Below are positions 19,871 through 28,880 of a stretch of DNA of 64,000 nt, in pieces. The notes under the pieces are model-generated. The model searched no databases and was not told the DNA's origin. It saw only the letters and a program-made list of their open reading frames with translations. This DNA comes from Candidatus Hermodarchaeota archaeon (GTDB taxonomy: Archaea; Asgardarchaeota; Lokiarchaeia; Sigyniarchaeales; SOKP01). Positions within the stretch are counted from its first letter, which is position 1; each line of letters starts with the position of its first letter. The position numbers were made by a program, and so were the translations under genes. The DNA is taken from positions 23,727 through 87,726 of the forward strand of contig JBHLLG010000003.1 in assembly GCA_048885925.1 (NCBI GenBank), in the 5' to 3' direction.

Positions 19871-19881
19871 GGTGATTTTGA

Positions 19882-21342
19882 ATGTCAGCTCCTTTAGAAA
19901 TATTATTGAGAGATGCTCGAATTGATCTCGTTTTAGCTCGAATCGAGAAAGATGAATCTATTATAAATGAGATAATAAACCATATAGATAACAATATTAG
20001 ATCGATTAAATTCAATGCGATTCATGTATTAGGAGAATTAGGCCAAAAATCTAAAAACAGTATCTCAAAATTGAGGAAATGTTTAGAAGATGATGATTGG
20101 AGTATTAGACGTGAAGCTGTTAGATCCTTAGGAAAGATTGGAGAAATTGCTAAAGATACAATTCCACAGGTATCGATAATGCTAAAAGATAAAGAAGAAT
20201 CTATTAGAAGTGAAGCAGCAATTTCACTTGGTAAGATTAAGAATCCGACTAATGAAGCAATTTCAAGTTTAATTGAAGTATTAAATGATAATTCTGAAAT
20301 TGTCCGAACTGAAGTTGCTAAAGCTCTCGGTGAAATAGGGGCAGATGCATATGAAGCAATTCCATTTCTTATGAAAAGCCTTAAAGATGTAAGTTGGACT
20401 GTTAGAACTTCCTCAGCTCAATCAATTAGTCAGATTGGGAAAGGATCTACCAAAGCCATACCAAGTTTAATAAAAGCACTTGAAGATAAAGATTGGAGAG
20501 TAAGATTCAGAGTCTCGAATACTTTAGCAGAATTAGGAAAGGAAGTAATTCCAAATCTTGTATCTATATTACACCATAAAGATAAATTTGTAAGAAAGTG
20601 CGTAGTAGATATATTGGGAGAAATGAAACTAACAGATCAAAATATAATGGACAATATCTCAAAACTATTACATGATAAAGCCGAAATCGTTAGAGGGAAA
20701 GCTGCTGATGCTCTTAGGAGTATTGGCAAAGACGCTGTTCCCATTTTAAATAGAGAAATTGAATCAGCATCTTTAAAAATGAAAAAAATCATAATTTCTG
20801 CACTTGGAGGTATTGGTACAGACGCTAAAGAAGCGATTCCAACTCTTATCAGTTTATTAAAAGTGCCTGAACAATTATATATTGAACATATGCTTGGAAT
20901 GGGTTTATGGAAGGTTATTTCTTATAAGTCTAAACATTCAATTTTAACTTTTATAAACGATCCCTTTAGAAGAAATGTATCAGTTAGAGTAGAAGTAGCA
21001 AGAGCATTAGGAAAAATTGGAGTAGATTCAGAAGATGCTATCCGTGCTCTTGAATTTGCTTTGTATGATCCCAGAAGTATTGTACGACGTGAAGCTGCAC
21101 TTTCTTTAGGAAAATTAGGATTATTAGCAAAAAATGCAGTTCCCAGTTTAATTAAAAGTTTACAAGATAAAAATCCAGATGTAAGATGGAGATCATCTGA
21201 AGCATTGGGAGTATTAGGCGTTAATACCGAAGAAGTTATATCAAGTTTGAATGAATTAATCCATGATGAATGTGATTTCGTATGTGAATCTGCTATTAAT
21301 GCATTAGATGCATTAACCGAAGAAGAACAAAAATATTATTAG
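19882..21342 (+). CDS. HEAT-repeat protein (PBS-lyase/HEAT-like repeats, about 13 copies)
   Basis: Repeated ~31-aa units ending in '..VR..A..ALG.IG', for example DWSIRREAVRSLGKIG, SEIVRTEVAKALGEIG and NPDVRWRSSEALGVLG. Starts 11 nt after livF with GGGTGAT upstream. Confidence 0.8.
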   Translation: MSAPLEILLRDARIDLVLARIEKDESIINEIINHIDNNIRSIKFNAIHVLGELGQKSKNSISKLRKCLEDDDWSIRREAVRSLGKIGEIAKDTIPQVSIMLKDKEESIRSEAAISLGKIKNPTNEAISSLIEVLNDNSEIVRTEVAKALGEIGADAYEAIPFLMKSLKDVSWTVRTSSAQSISQIGKGSTKAIPSLIKALEDKDWRVRFRVSNTLAELGKEVIPNLVSILHHKDKFVRKCVVDILGEMKLTDQNIMDNISKLLHDKAEIVRGKAADALRSIGKDAVPILNREIESASLKMKKIIISALGGIGTDAKEAIPTLISLLKVPEQLYIEHMLGMGLWKVISYKSKHSILTFINDPFRRNVSVRVEVARALGKIGVDSEDAIRALEFALYDPRSIVRREAALSLGKLGLLAKNAVPSLIKSLQDKNPDVRWRSSEALGVLGVNTEEVISSLNELIHDECDFVCESAINALDALTEEEQKYY

Positions 21343-21431
21343 AGATCCATATTTTTCTTAATAATGATCTATATTTTTCTTAATAATAATTATTATAAAA
21401 GGAAGTATTTTAAAAAGGAGGAAGTTAAAAA

Positions 21432-23129
21432 TTGAGTGATAATCCGTATGCAGCAAAACCATGGTTACAACATTATGATGATGGTGTTGCAGCCGAAGTA
21501 AATATCCCTGAAATGAATATTTCAGAGTTTCTTGACAATTCAACTAAGGAATTTGGGAGTAGAACTGCTATTTGGTTCCTAAAAAACAAAATATCGTATA
21601 AAAAGTTCAAGGATGTAGCTGATAGGCTTGCTACTGCTCTTGTTGATTTAGGTGTGAAAAAAGGTGATGTCGTGGCAATCATGTTGCCAAATATGCCTCA
21701 ATTTATGTTTAGTTTTTATGGTATCTTGAAGGCAGGGGGCATTGTAACCGCAAATAGTATACTCCACACAGAACATGAGCTAGCTTATCAATTAAATGAC
21801 TCTGGTGCAGAAATAATAATTGCATGGGACAATCAGTTAGAAAAAATTATGAATATTAAGGATAGAACACGTCTTAGACACATAATTATTACTAATGTAT
21901 TTGATTATGCTCCGATGGCTGATCAATTAAGGGTAAGAGAACCTCCAGAAATAGCGGGAACGATTCAATTTCTAAATTTAATTAATAAAACAAAACCTAA
22001 TCCTCCTAAATTTGAGACTAACGCAAAAGAGGATGTAGCAGTCCTACAATATACAGGAGGAACAACAGGTTTACCTAAAGGAGCAATGCTGACTCATTAT
22101 GGTTTAGTTGCCAATTGTGTTCAGATGCATGAATGGACAAAATCCTTAGTACAGAGAGGGAAACAGACTGCGCTTACAACATTACCTTTATTTCATATCT
22201 ACGGAATGCAAGTGTGTATGAATAGTTTCATATATAGTGGAACAACTATCGCTCTACATCCTGATCCTCGAGATCAAAAAGGTTTATTTGAGGTGATTAA
22301 AGCAACTCATCCTGCAATGTTTCCTGGTGTACCAACGATGTACATGCGCCTATTAGAGCGTGATGATCTCGAAGATTATGCTAAAGATCTCAGGTCAATC
22401 AAGGTTTGTAATAGTGGTGCTGCTCCAATGCCACCTGAAGTTCTAAAAGAATTTGAGGAAAGAACGGGGGCTGTAATAATCGAAGGATATGGAATGACAG
22501 AATGTGGACCCGCAACTCATGTTAATCCATTAAACGGAACAAGAAAAATTGGTTCTGTAGGATTGGCAATATCAAGTACTGAATTTAAAATCGTTGATAT
22601 TGAAGATTATACTAAAATTGTTCCCCAAGGTGAAGCAGGAGAAATAATGGTTAAAGGGCCTCAAGTTATGAGAGGATATTGGAATAAACCAGAAGAAACA
22701 GCAAATCAATTGAAAGGCGATTGGTTATTAACTGGAGATATTGGAAGAATGGATGAAGATGGGTATTTATATATAGTCGATAGGAAAAAAGATATGATAA
22801 ATATCAGCGGGTTTAAAGTGTACCCAAGAGAAGTTGAAGATGTATTATTTGAACATGAGGCTATTGAAAATGCATCAATAATAGGAGTGCCTGATCCTAA
22901 TGTTCCTGGTAATGAATATGTTAAAGCATTCATAGTACTAAAAGATGGATATAGAGAAACTGAGGAAATTAAAGCAGACATTAAAGAGTTCTTAAGGAAA
23001 AATGTTGCTCCTTATAAAGTTCCAAAAGAAATGGAGTTCAGAAAGGAATTGCCTGAAACTTTTGTCGGAAAAGTGCTCCGTAAAGATCTAAAGGAAATAG
23101 AAGCCAAAAGACGCGGAGAAGAAGTATAG
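21432..23129 (+). CDS. AMP-forming acyl-CoA synthetase / fatty-acid-CoA ligase (ANL superfamily)
   Basis: AMP-binding motif 'LQYTGGTTGLPKGAMLTH', plus 'GYGMTE', 'TGDIGRMDEDGYLYIVDRKKD' and the C-terminal 'GKVLRKDL'. TTG start preceded by AGGAGG. Confidence 0.85.
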   Translation: MSDNPYAAKPWLQHYDDGVAAEVNIPEMNISEFLDNSTKEFGSRTAIWFLKNKISYKKFKDVADRLATALVDLGVKKGDVVAIMLPNMPQFMFSFYGILKAGGIVTANSILHTEHELAYQLNDSGAEIIIAWDNQLEKIMNIKDRTRLRHIIITNVFDYAPMADQLRVREPPEIAGTIQFLNLINKTKPNPPKFETNAKEDVAVLQYTGGTTGLPKGAMLTHYGLVANCVQMHEWTKSLVQRGKQTALTTLPLFHIYGMQVCMNSFIYSGTTIALHPDPRDQKGLFEVIKATHPAMFPGVPTMYMRLLERDDLEDYAKDLRSIKVCNSGAAPMPPEVLKEFEERTGAVIIEGYGMTECGPATHVNPLNGTRKIGSVGLAISSTEFKIVDIEDYTKIVPQGEAGEIMVKGPQVMRGYWNKPEETANQLKGDWLLTGDIGRMDEDGYLYIVDRKKDMINISGFKVYPREVEDVLFEHEAIENASIIGVPDPNVPGNEYVKAFIVLKDGYRETEEIKADIKEFLRKNVAPYKVPKEMEFRKELPETFVGKVLRKDLKEIEAKRRGEEV

Positions 23130-23217
23130 TTTAAAACTTTTTTATTTTAAATTTTCCTTTTTCCATTTTTTCATAAAATCTGTAAAATCATAACTAGAGA
23201 TTCCGAGAGAATTAAAA

Positions 23218-23237
23218 TTTTTTTTTTTTATTTTTTT
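23218..23237 (+). terminator. T-rich tract (T12-A-T7) downstream of the CoA-ligase gene
   Basis: Seen directly. More oligo-T runs follow immediately after the stop at 23129. The region lies between convergent genes. Confidence 0.3.
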
Positions 23238-23533
23238 ATCAGATTCAGATTTATCTCTTAAAGACTCCTGCCAATCATAATAACTTATAGCTTTTGACAT
23301 GATCTTATAACCATAATTATAATAAATAAACTAATACAGAGTACCAGTTTTCTAATAGTCAAAGAAATAATACAAATTTGTCTATTTAGATTTAAGCATT
23401 ATATTCCATAATACGTACCAAAAGAACAAAAAATTGAAATTAGTAAATAAATTTAAGGGAAAACTTTCATAGGTTATTTAGAAGGGAGATATACGACAAA
23501 AATATTCAGATTTTACATTTTTCAAAATATATT

Positions 23534-24538
23534 TTATTCACTTATAATAGAATATACGTGTTTAGGTCGTCCTGCTTTTTCGCGTTTAATTATTTCCTCT
23601 TTTATTACCCGTTCTTTGACTAAAAATTCAAGGATCTCTCTTAACTTTGCACCAGATATTTTAGATTTAATAACCAATTCACGAGTTTTAACTTTTTCTT
23701 GGTTTTTAATGATGTCTAAAATGTTCTGAATAGGATCTGGATTAATCTCAATTGATTTAATACAAGTTTTTGCATCAAACATTTTTCTCACACTAATTGC
23801 CATATTCGGCATATAGAATCCGTTAAAATGAAAATATGAATCATCAATGAATAAAACCGAATTAAAGTAATAATCTATTAGAATTACTCCCTCATTGACG
23901 ATTAAATCATTGAATCTTACTAATCGACATGCTTTTTCATTTGTTTCAATGATTTCTACTTTAATATTTTTTAAAATATCTGTTATATATCCAAAATAGT
24001 TATCAATTGATTCAAAATCTAATTTTGAATAATAAAGTTTAATTTTAATTCCGTTCAAAAAAGCTCTGTTTAATCCTCGCTCTAACTTTTTCAAAAGGGA
24101 TGGTGGAAGAGAAGAAAGGATGATCTCACTTTCTGCTTTATCAATTAATTCATATATATATTCAAGACCAATATTTATATCAGAATGATGATAGAACGTG
24201 ATATTTCGGGTACAAATCCCTTTTACACTTTCTAATGCTTGAATACCTTCCTCAAGTTTATGTATTCTTTCCAGAATAGTATTATTTTTCTTCTTTAATA
24301 TTTCTGTTAATATGATTTTTGGGTTACTTCTAAAATACATTTTTGGTTTTCCATCTGAAGCAGTTATGAATCCATTATTTTCTAGATATCTTAAATTATC
24401 CCTTACCACAGCATAGGAATAGTCTAAATCATTTTTGATTTGACCAATACTTCCAAAATGATTATTTAACAAATAATCATAAATTTTAATTTGTATATCA
24501 GATAATCCAAATTCATTAAGAAAGTCTAAATTATGCAT
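23534..24538 (-). CDS. TrmB-family-like transcriptional regulator
   Basis: N-terminal winged-HTH 'LSDIQIKIYDYLLNNHFGSIGQIKNDLDYSYAVVRDNLRYLENNGFI', followed by a helix (ILERIHKLEEGIQALE) and a ~200-aa effector-like domain, as in full-length TrmB. The last ~60 aa look like a second wHTH (GAKLREILEFLVKERVI...GRPKHVYSI). Confidence 0.5.
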   Translation of the reverse strand: MHNLDFLNEFGLSDIQIKIYDYLLNNHFGSIGQIKNDLDYSYAVVRDNLRYLENNGFITASDGKPKMYFRSNPKIILTEILKKKNNTILERIHKLEEGIQALESVKGICTRNITFYHHSDINIGLEYIYELIDKAESEIILSSLPPSLLKKLERGLNRAFLNGIKIKLYYSKLDFESIDNYFGYITDILKNIKVEIIETNEKACRLVRFNDLIVNEGVILIDYYFNSVLFIDDSYFHFNGFYMPNMAISVRKMFDAKTCIKSIEINPDPIQNILDIIKNQEKVKTRELVIKSKISGAKLREILEFLVKERVIKEEIIKREKAGRPKHVYSIISE

Positions 24539-24686
24539 ATTTATTATTTCCTCTAATATTATATTAGAATGATTTGTGACAGTTTATATTCGTATTGAAG
24601 GAAATCATCATTTATATAAACTCACAAATAATTATAAATCGTAATGATTAATAAATTTAAATTAAATAAAAAATGGAGTGATTAAT

Positions 24687-24818
24687 ATGGCTCAATGTAA
24701 AGACTGTAAATTTTATAAACCAATTGATGAAACCAAAGGAGATTGCTTTGGACATGAAGTTCCGGCAACTTTAAACGTGGAACAATGTCCTGCTAATGCA
24801 TTTCAACCTAGGGAATGA
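24687..24818 (+). CDS. small Cys-containing protein (43 aa), putative metal-binding ribbon
   Basis: Hand-translated: MAQCKDCKFYKPIDETKGDCFGHEVPATLNVEQCPANAFQPRE. It has C-x2-C plus two further Cys. GGAGTG lies 7 nt upstream of the ATG. Below the ORF-track cut-off. Confidence 0.4.
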   Translation: MAQCKDCKFYKPIDETKGDCFGHEVPATLNVEQCPANAFQPRE

Positions 24819-25470
24819 ATTTAAACTTTTATTTTGGTGGTATAAAGTGCAAGCAAAAGTTGATTTTAAAAAATCAATGAATGATTTTTACCAACCCAAT
24901 TCGAAAGAAGTAGTAGTCATTAATGTTCCAGAAATGCAATTCTTGATGATTGATGGAATTGGATCTCCTGGAGACTCTGAAGAATATTTAGACGCTCTTG
25001 CTGTACTATATCCTGTGGCTTTTAAAATAAAGTTTTTGAGCAAAACAAAAGGTAAAGATTATGTTGTTCCTCCATTGGAAGGTCTTTGGTGGGCTGATAA
25101 AATGGAAGATTTTATAGAAGGAAATAGAGATAAATGGAAGTGGACAATGATGATTATGCAACCAGATTGGATTACTCTAGATATGATTAATGAAGCTATT
25201 GAAATTTCAAAAGAAAAAAAACCAGAGCTGAAAGATAAATTATCTAAACTTCGTCTTGAAAAATATAAAGAAGGAAAAGCTGCACAAATAATGCATATAG
25301 GTCCTTATTCTGAAGAAGGTCCAACGATTGAAAAAATACATAATTTTATCAAATATAATGGTGGAAGTTTTAACGGATGCAAACAAAAGCATCATGAAAT
25401 ATATTTAAGTGATCCAAGAAAAGCAAATCCAGCTACCATGAAAACGGTTATAAGGCAGCCCTTTATCTAA
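24796..25470 (+). CDS. GyrI-like small-molecule-binding domain protein
   Basis: 'KVDFKKSMNDFYQP...VVVINVPEMQFLMIDGIGSPGDSEEYLDALAVLYPVAFKIKF' and 'AAQIMHIGPYSEEGPTIEKIHNFI' match the GyrI-like/SOUL-type fold family pattern. The likely true start is the in-frame GTG at 24847, which removes the overlap with the preceding small ORF. Confidence 0.6.
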   Translation: MHFNLGNEFKLLFWWYKVQAKVDFKKSMNDFYQPNSKEVVVINVPEMQFLMIDGIGSPGDSEEYLDALAVLYPVAFKIKFLSKTKGKDYVVPPLEGLWWADKMEDFIEGNRDKWKWTMMIMQPDWITLDMINEAIEISKEKKPELKDKLSKLRLEKYKEGKAAQIMHIGPYSEEGPTIEKIHNFIKYNGGSFNGCKQKHHEIYLSDPRKANPATMKTVIRQPFI

Positions 25471-25576
25471 ATGTTTTTCTAAATTTCATTTAAATATAAT
25501 GAGTGCTTTTTTTTATAAAATGGATTTTAGAATGTTAGCTAAACTTCTTTTATTTAATTATATTTAAATTAATATC

Positions 25577-28165
25577 ATGTTTATCTATTTAGAGAATTTA
25601 CACTTATCAGAAGATAAAGAAAAGGGTATATTTTTAATTCCTCAACCATACTATCTAAAAGTTAAAAATTTGAAAAAGTTGAAGATAACAGAACAATCTC
25701 GACTATTTTCAGATATAAAAAAGGATTATTTATTTATAATTGAAGATTTTCAAAAAAAATTGGTAGATTTTGGATTAAAAAAAAAGTTAGAAATTCATGA
25801 TATTAACAATAGCAACAAATTTCCAAAAGTTAAATCAATTTTAAAAATTGGTAAAAATAGTTTTCCAGAAAACCTTTATGATAATATTGTAAAACAAAAT
25901 AATTATATTGAACAGGGATATATTTTAGTTTCAGAAGATTCTTCAATAGTAATTGAAGCTTCTTCATTTCGAGGGTTATTTTATGGAATTCAAACACTGA
26001 TTCAATTGTTAAATTCAAGTAATAATAAGTTATCTATTAATGAATTGAGAATAATAGATTATCCTACATTAGAAATCAGAGGTGTATCAGACAATATATC
26101 AAGGGGACAAGCACCTACCATTGAAAATTTAAAGAAATTTATCAAAGAATTGAGTCATTATAAAATAAATCAATATTATCTGGTGCATATACATGACATA
26201 TTTAATTTTTCTAATCATCCAGAAATTGGAAAAGAGAGAGGGGCATATTTAAAAGAAGAATTAGTAGAATTGCGAGATTTCGCAAAAAAATATTTTGTAG
26301 ATTTAATTCCAATTTTTCAAACTATAGGCCATTGGGAGAATATTTTAATTAATCCTAAATACTGGGAAAATGGAGAATTCCCTGGTTCAAATAGTTTAAA
26401 TATTGCTAATCAAAACATTTATATGCTTTTAGATGAAATGATTGGTGAATTAAGACAAGTTTTTAATTCCGATTATTTTCATATTGGAGCAGATGAAAGT
26501 TGGGATGTTGGAAAAGTAACATCAAAAAACTATGTAGAAAATATTGGTCTCGGAAAAGCTTATCTGAACCATTACAAACGCGTGTATCAAATTGTAAAAA
26601 AGCATGGGTTTAAGAAACTTATAATTTATCATGACATTCTCCATAATTATAAAGAAGTACTAGAAAATTTACCTAAAGATATAATAATAATGTACTGGAA
26701 GTATAGTGTACAAAAGAATCATCCTATTTTAAAGAAAATCAAAAGCTATGGCTTTCCATTAATTGTAAGTCCATCTATTATGGATTTTAATCGTATTTTT
26801 CCCTCATTTGATAAATATGAAAAAAATATTGTTAATTTAATCAAATTTGGATATGAAAATGGAATTCTTGGAGAAATTACATCAAGTTGGGGAGATTATA
26901 GAAATAGAGAGCTCAGAGAAAATCGAATTTATGGTTTTATCTTTTCTGCTATGATTGGATGGAATCCAATAAAAGAGGTTAACGTTTTATATTTTTGGAA
27001 GAGTTTATTTATACATTTCTTCGGAATAATAAATCCTAAATTAATTCAAATTTTTAGTACTCTTAGATCGATCCAAGATAAAAGATTATTGCATATAAGA
27101 TCTTCAGCTTACTATAATCATTTCTTTGCTCACCCATATTCTAATAATACCAAAAGGTATAGAAAAAATATAAGGACCTCTGGATTTGCTAAATTAACAC
27201 TAAGGTTAAATGAAATCATTAAAATTTGCAAAGAATTAGAAAATGAGGTAATTAGGAATAGAATAAATATAAGAAATCTTGCTTTTGTCGCAAAACATAT
27301 TAACTTTTTCTGCAAAAAAAAATTAAACTCAAAATCTTTAGTACAAATTACGCTTATCAATGAAAAATATAGGAATCAAAAAATTCAGGAGATTAGAGAT
27401 TTAATAGAAGAATTAATCCATCTATTAGATGAATATGAATTTCTATGGTTAAAGTGTGCAAAGAAAGAAGGTTTTAATGCAATAAAAAATCAATATTGGT
27501 GGTTAATTAGGTTTTATAATGATAAAATTGAACAATTGCAAAATAATATAAGATGGGAAAACCCTAATATCCCTAGTGAGCTAATATATTTAGATAAGGA
27601 AGCCCTACATACTTACCATACAACTTTTTATAAAAAGGTAATAAACTTTGAAGGAGAAATAGAAAATGCATACTTACAGGTTATTGCGGGTACTTTTGCT
27701 AAAATTTTTATTAATGATTCGTATATAGGTTATACAATTACAAGACATTCACTTGAATTTAATATCTTAGAAAATAATATTCAAATTTTTAATATAAAAA
27801 AATATTTAAAACAAGAAGAAAATGTAATTAAGATTGAAAATAATGATTTTATTGGAGGGATAAGCCCCATAAGCGTTTATGGCGAAATAGATATACTTCC
27901 TAAAAAGCAAATTCTAATAAAAACAGATAGAACATGGGAAGCAACAAGAGAATTTAATAAAAATTGGAGAAATGTTAAAAGTTTTGGAAGTCCTCCTAAA
28001 GCAACAGGAGGATTGTATTATCCTGACTTCAAAAATGCTCTACATTCGAAAGAAACTGATTTACTAGCATTCTTAAATACTATTATTAGTAGAAAATCTA
28101 CAAGATCTTTTTGGTTTTTAAAGTTAATATTCAAGCTTTTTTACCGACTTAATATTTTAGAATAA
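25577..28165 (+). CDS. GH20-like glycoside hydrolase (beta-N-acetylhexosaminidase family) with a C-terminal beta-sandwich-like region
   Basis: '[19 protein letters not shown]', '[14 protein letters not shown]', 'PIFQTIGHW' and 'FHIGADES' (Asp-Glu catalytic pair) parallel the GH20 motifs RG.M.D..R / K.N..H.H..D / PE.D.PGH / HIGGDE. No N-terminal signal sequence is visible. Confidence 0.55.
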   Translation: MFIYLENLHLSEDKEKGIFLIPQPYYLKVKNLKKLKITEQSRLFSDIKKDYLFIIEDFQKKLVDFGLKKKLEIHDINNSNKFPKVKSILKIGKNSFPENLYDNIVKQNNYIEQGYILVSEDSSIVIEASSFRGLFYGIQTLIQLLNSSNNKLSINELRIIDYPTLEIRGVSDNISRGQAPTIENLKKFIKELSHYKINQYYLVHIHDIFNFSNHPEIGKERGAYLKEELVELRDFAKKYFVDLIPIFQTIGHWENILINPKYWENGEFPGSNSLNIANQNIYMLLDEMIGELRQVFNSDYFHIGADESWDVGKVTSKNYVENIGLGKAYLNHYKRVYQIVKKHGFKKLIIYHDILHNYKEVLENLPKDIIIMYWKYSVQKNHPILKKIKSYGFPLIVSPSIMDFNRIFPSFDKYEKNIVNLIKFGYENGILGEITSSWGDYRNRELRENRIYGFIFSAMIGWNPIKEVNVLYFWKSLFIHFFGIINPKLIQIFSTLRSIQDKRLLHIRSSAYYNHFFAHPYSNNTKRYRKNIRTSGFAKLTLRLNEIIKICKELENEVIRNRINIRNLAFVAKHINFFCKKKLNSKSLVQITLINEKYRNQKIQEIRDLIEELIHLLDEYEFLWLKCAKKEGFNAIKNQYWWLIRFYNDKIEQLQNNIRWENPNIPSELIYLDKEALHTYHTTFYKKVINFEGEIENAYLQVIAGTFAKIFINDSYIGYTITRHSLEFNILENNIQIFNIKKYLKQEENVIKIENNDFIGGISPISVYGEIDILPKKQILIKTDRTWEATREFNKNWRNVKSFGSPPKATGGLYYPDFKNALHSKETDLLAFLNTIISRKSTRSFWFLKLIFKLFYRLNILE

Positions 28166-28316
28166 ATACAATATTTTACTTTAGTTATTTCTATTTCAAG
28201 AGTTTTTTGGTTATTATCTTTTTAAAAGGATTTAACCCACTTAAGAATAACATTAAAATTTATATATTCTGACCTTATAGTTATTTTAATAAATTTGTAA
28301 TTTACAGGTTTAGAAA

Positions 28317-28868
28317 ATGAGTAATGAAGAACTTAATCAAACTAAAAAAATAAACGTAAGAGATTGGATCGTACTTAGTACGGTTATGATTGGTGCGGTT
28401 CTCACGATCCTTGCTCTAATTTGGCAGGTTCCACCTCCTAATGGGATAGTTACCGCAACATTTTCACTAATGATATCTTTTATTTTTTTTGTTAATTCTG
28501 TCTCTGCTAATTCTAAAGCTCAATTCGAAGCTAATCTAGGGAAAGTATCTGAAGAAAGAATTAACCGATTTGTAACTTTTGCAGAATATTCATTTGGATT
28601 TGGATTTACATTAGTCATCACTGGATTTACAATACTAGGTTATGAATATTTATTAGGTTATGTTGGTCGGGAATTAATTAGTCTATTGCTCCCAATTACT
28701 TTTTTATTTACTGCGTGGGTAATTATCTTCATATATAATATAATAAACTATTTTGGGAAACCTCTAGGAGCCTTAAGAAACTTAAAACGTAACCTCTGGA
28801 TATTTTTAGAACTAATCTGCCTGGTAATAATCATATTCGATTTTTTCGAGATATTATCTATTCCCTAA
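28317..28868 (+). CDS. hypothetical membrane protein (about 5 TM)
   Basis: 183 aa with alternating hydrophobic segments. No family recognised. Confidence 0.45.
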   Translation: MSNEELNQTKKINVRDWIVLSTVMIGAVLTILALIWQVPPPNGIVTATFSLMISFIFFVNSVSANSKAQFEANLGKVSEERINRFVTFAEYSFGFGFTLVITGFTILGYEYLLGYVGRELISLLLPITFLFTAWVIIFIYNIINYFGKPLGALRNLKRNLWIFLELICLVIIIFDFFEILSIP

Positions 28869-28880
28869 ATTTTTTTTTCT

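Noticed and set aside
14714-22981. Antisense ORFs within the liv, HEAT and CoA-ligase genes (14714-14911, 15927-16175, 17641-17919, 19402-19707, 21358-21543, 21473-21682, 22706-22981)
   Set aside because: They overlap well-supported genes on the opposite strand. They have no motifs and are typical shadow ORFs.
23142-23300. 52-aa minus-strand ORF (MSKAISYYDWQESLRDKSESDKKIKKKNF...) between convergent genes
   Set aside because: Much of it is encoded by the oligo-T/A terminator-like tract. It has no RBS or recognisable motif. The support is too weak to call.
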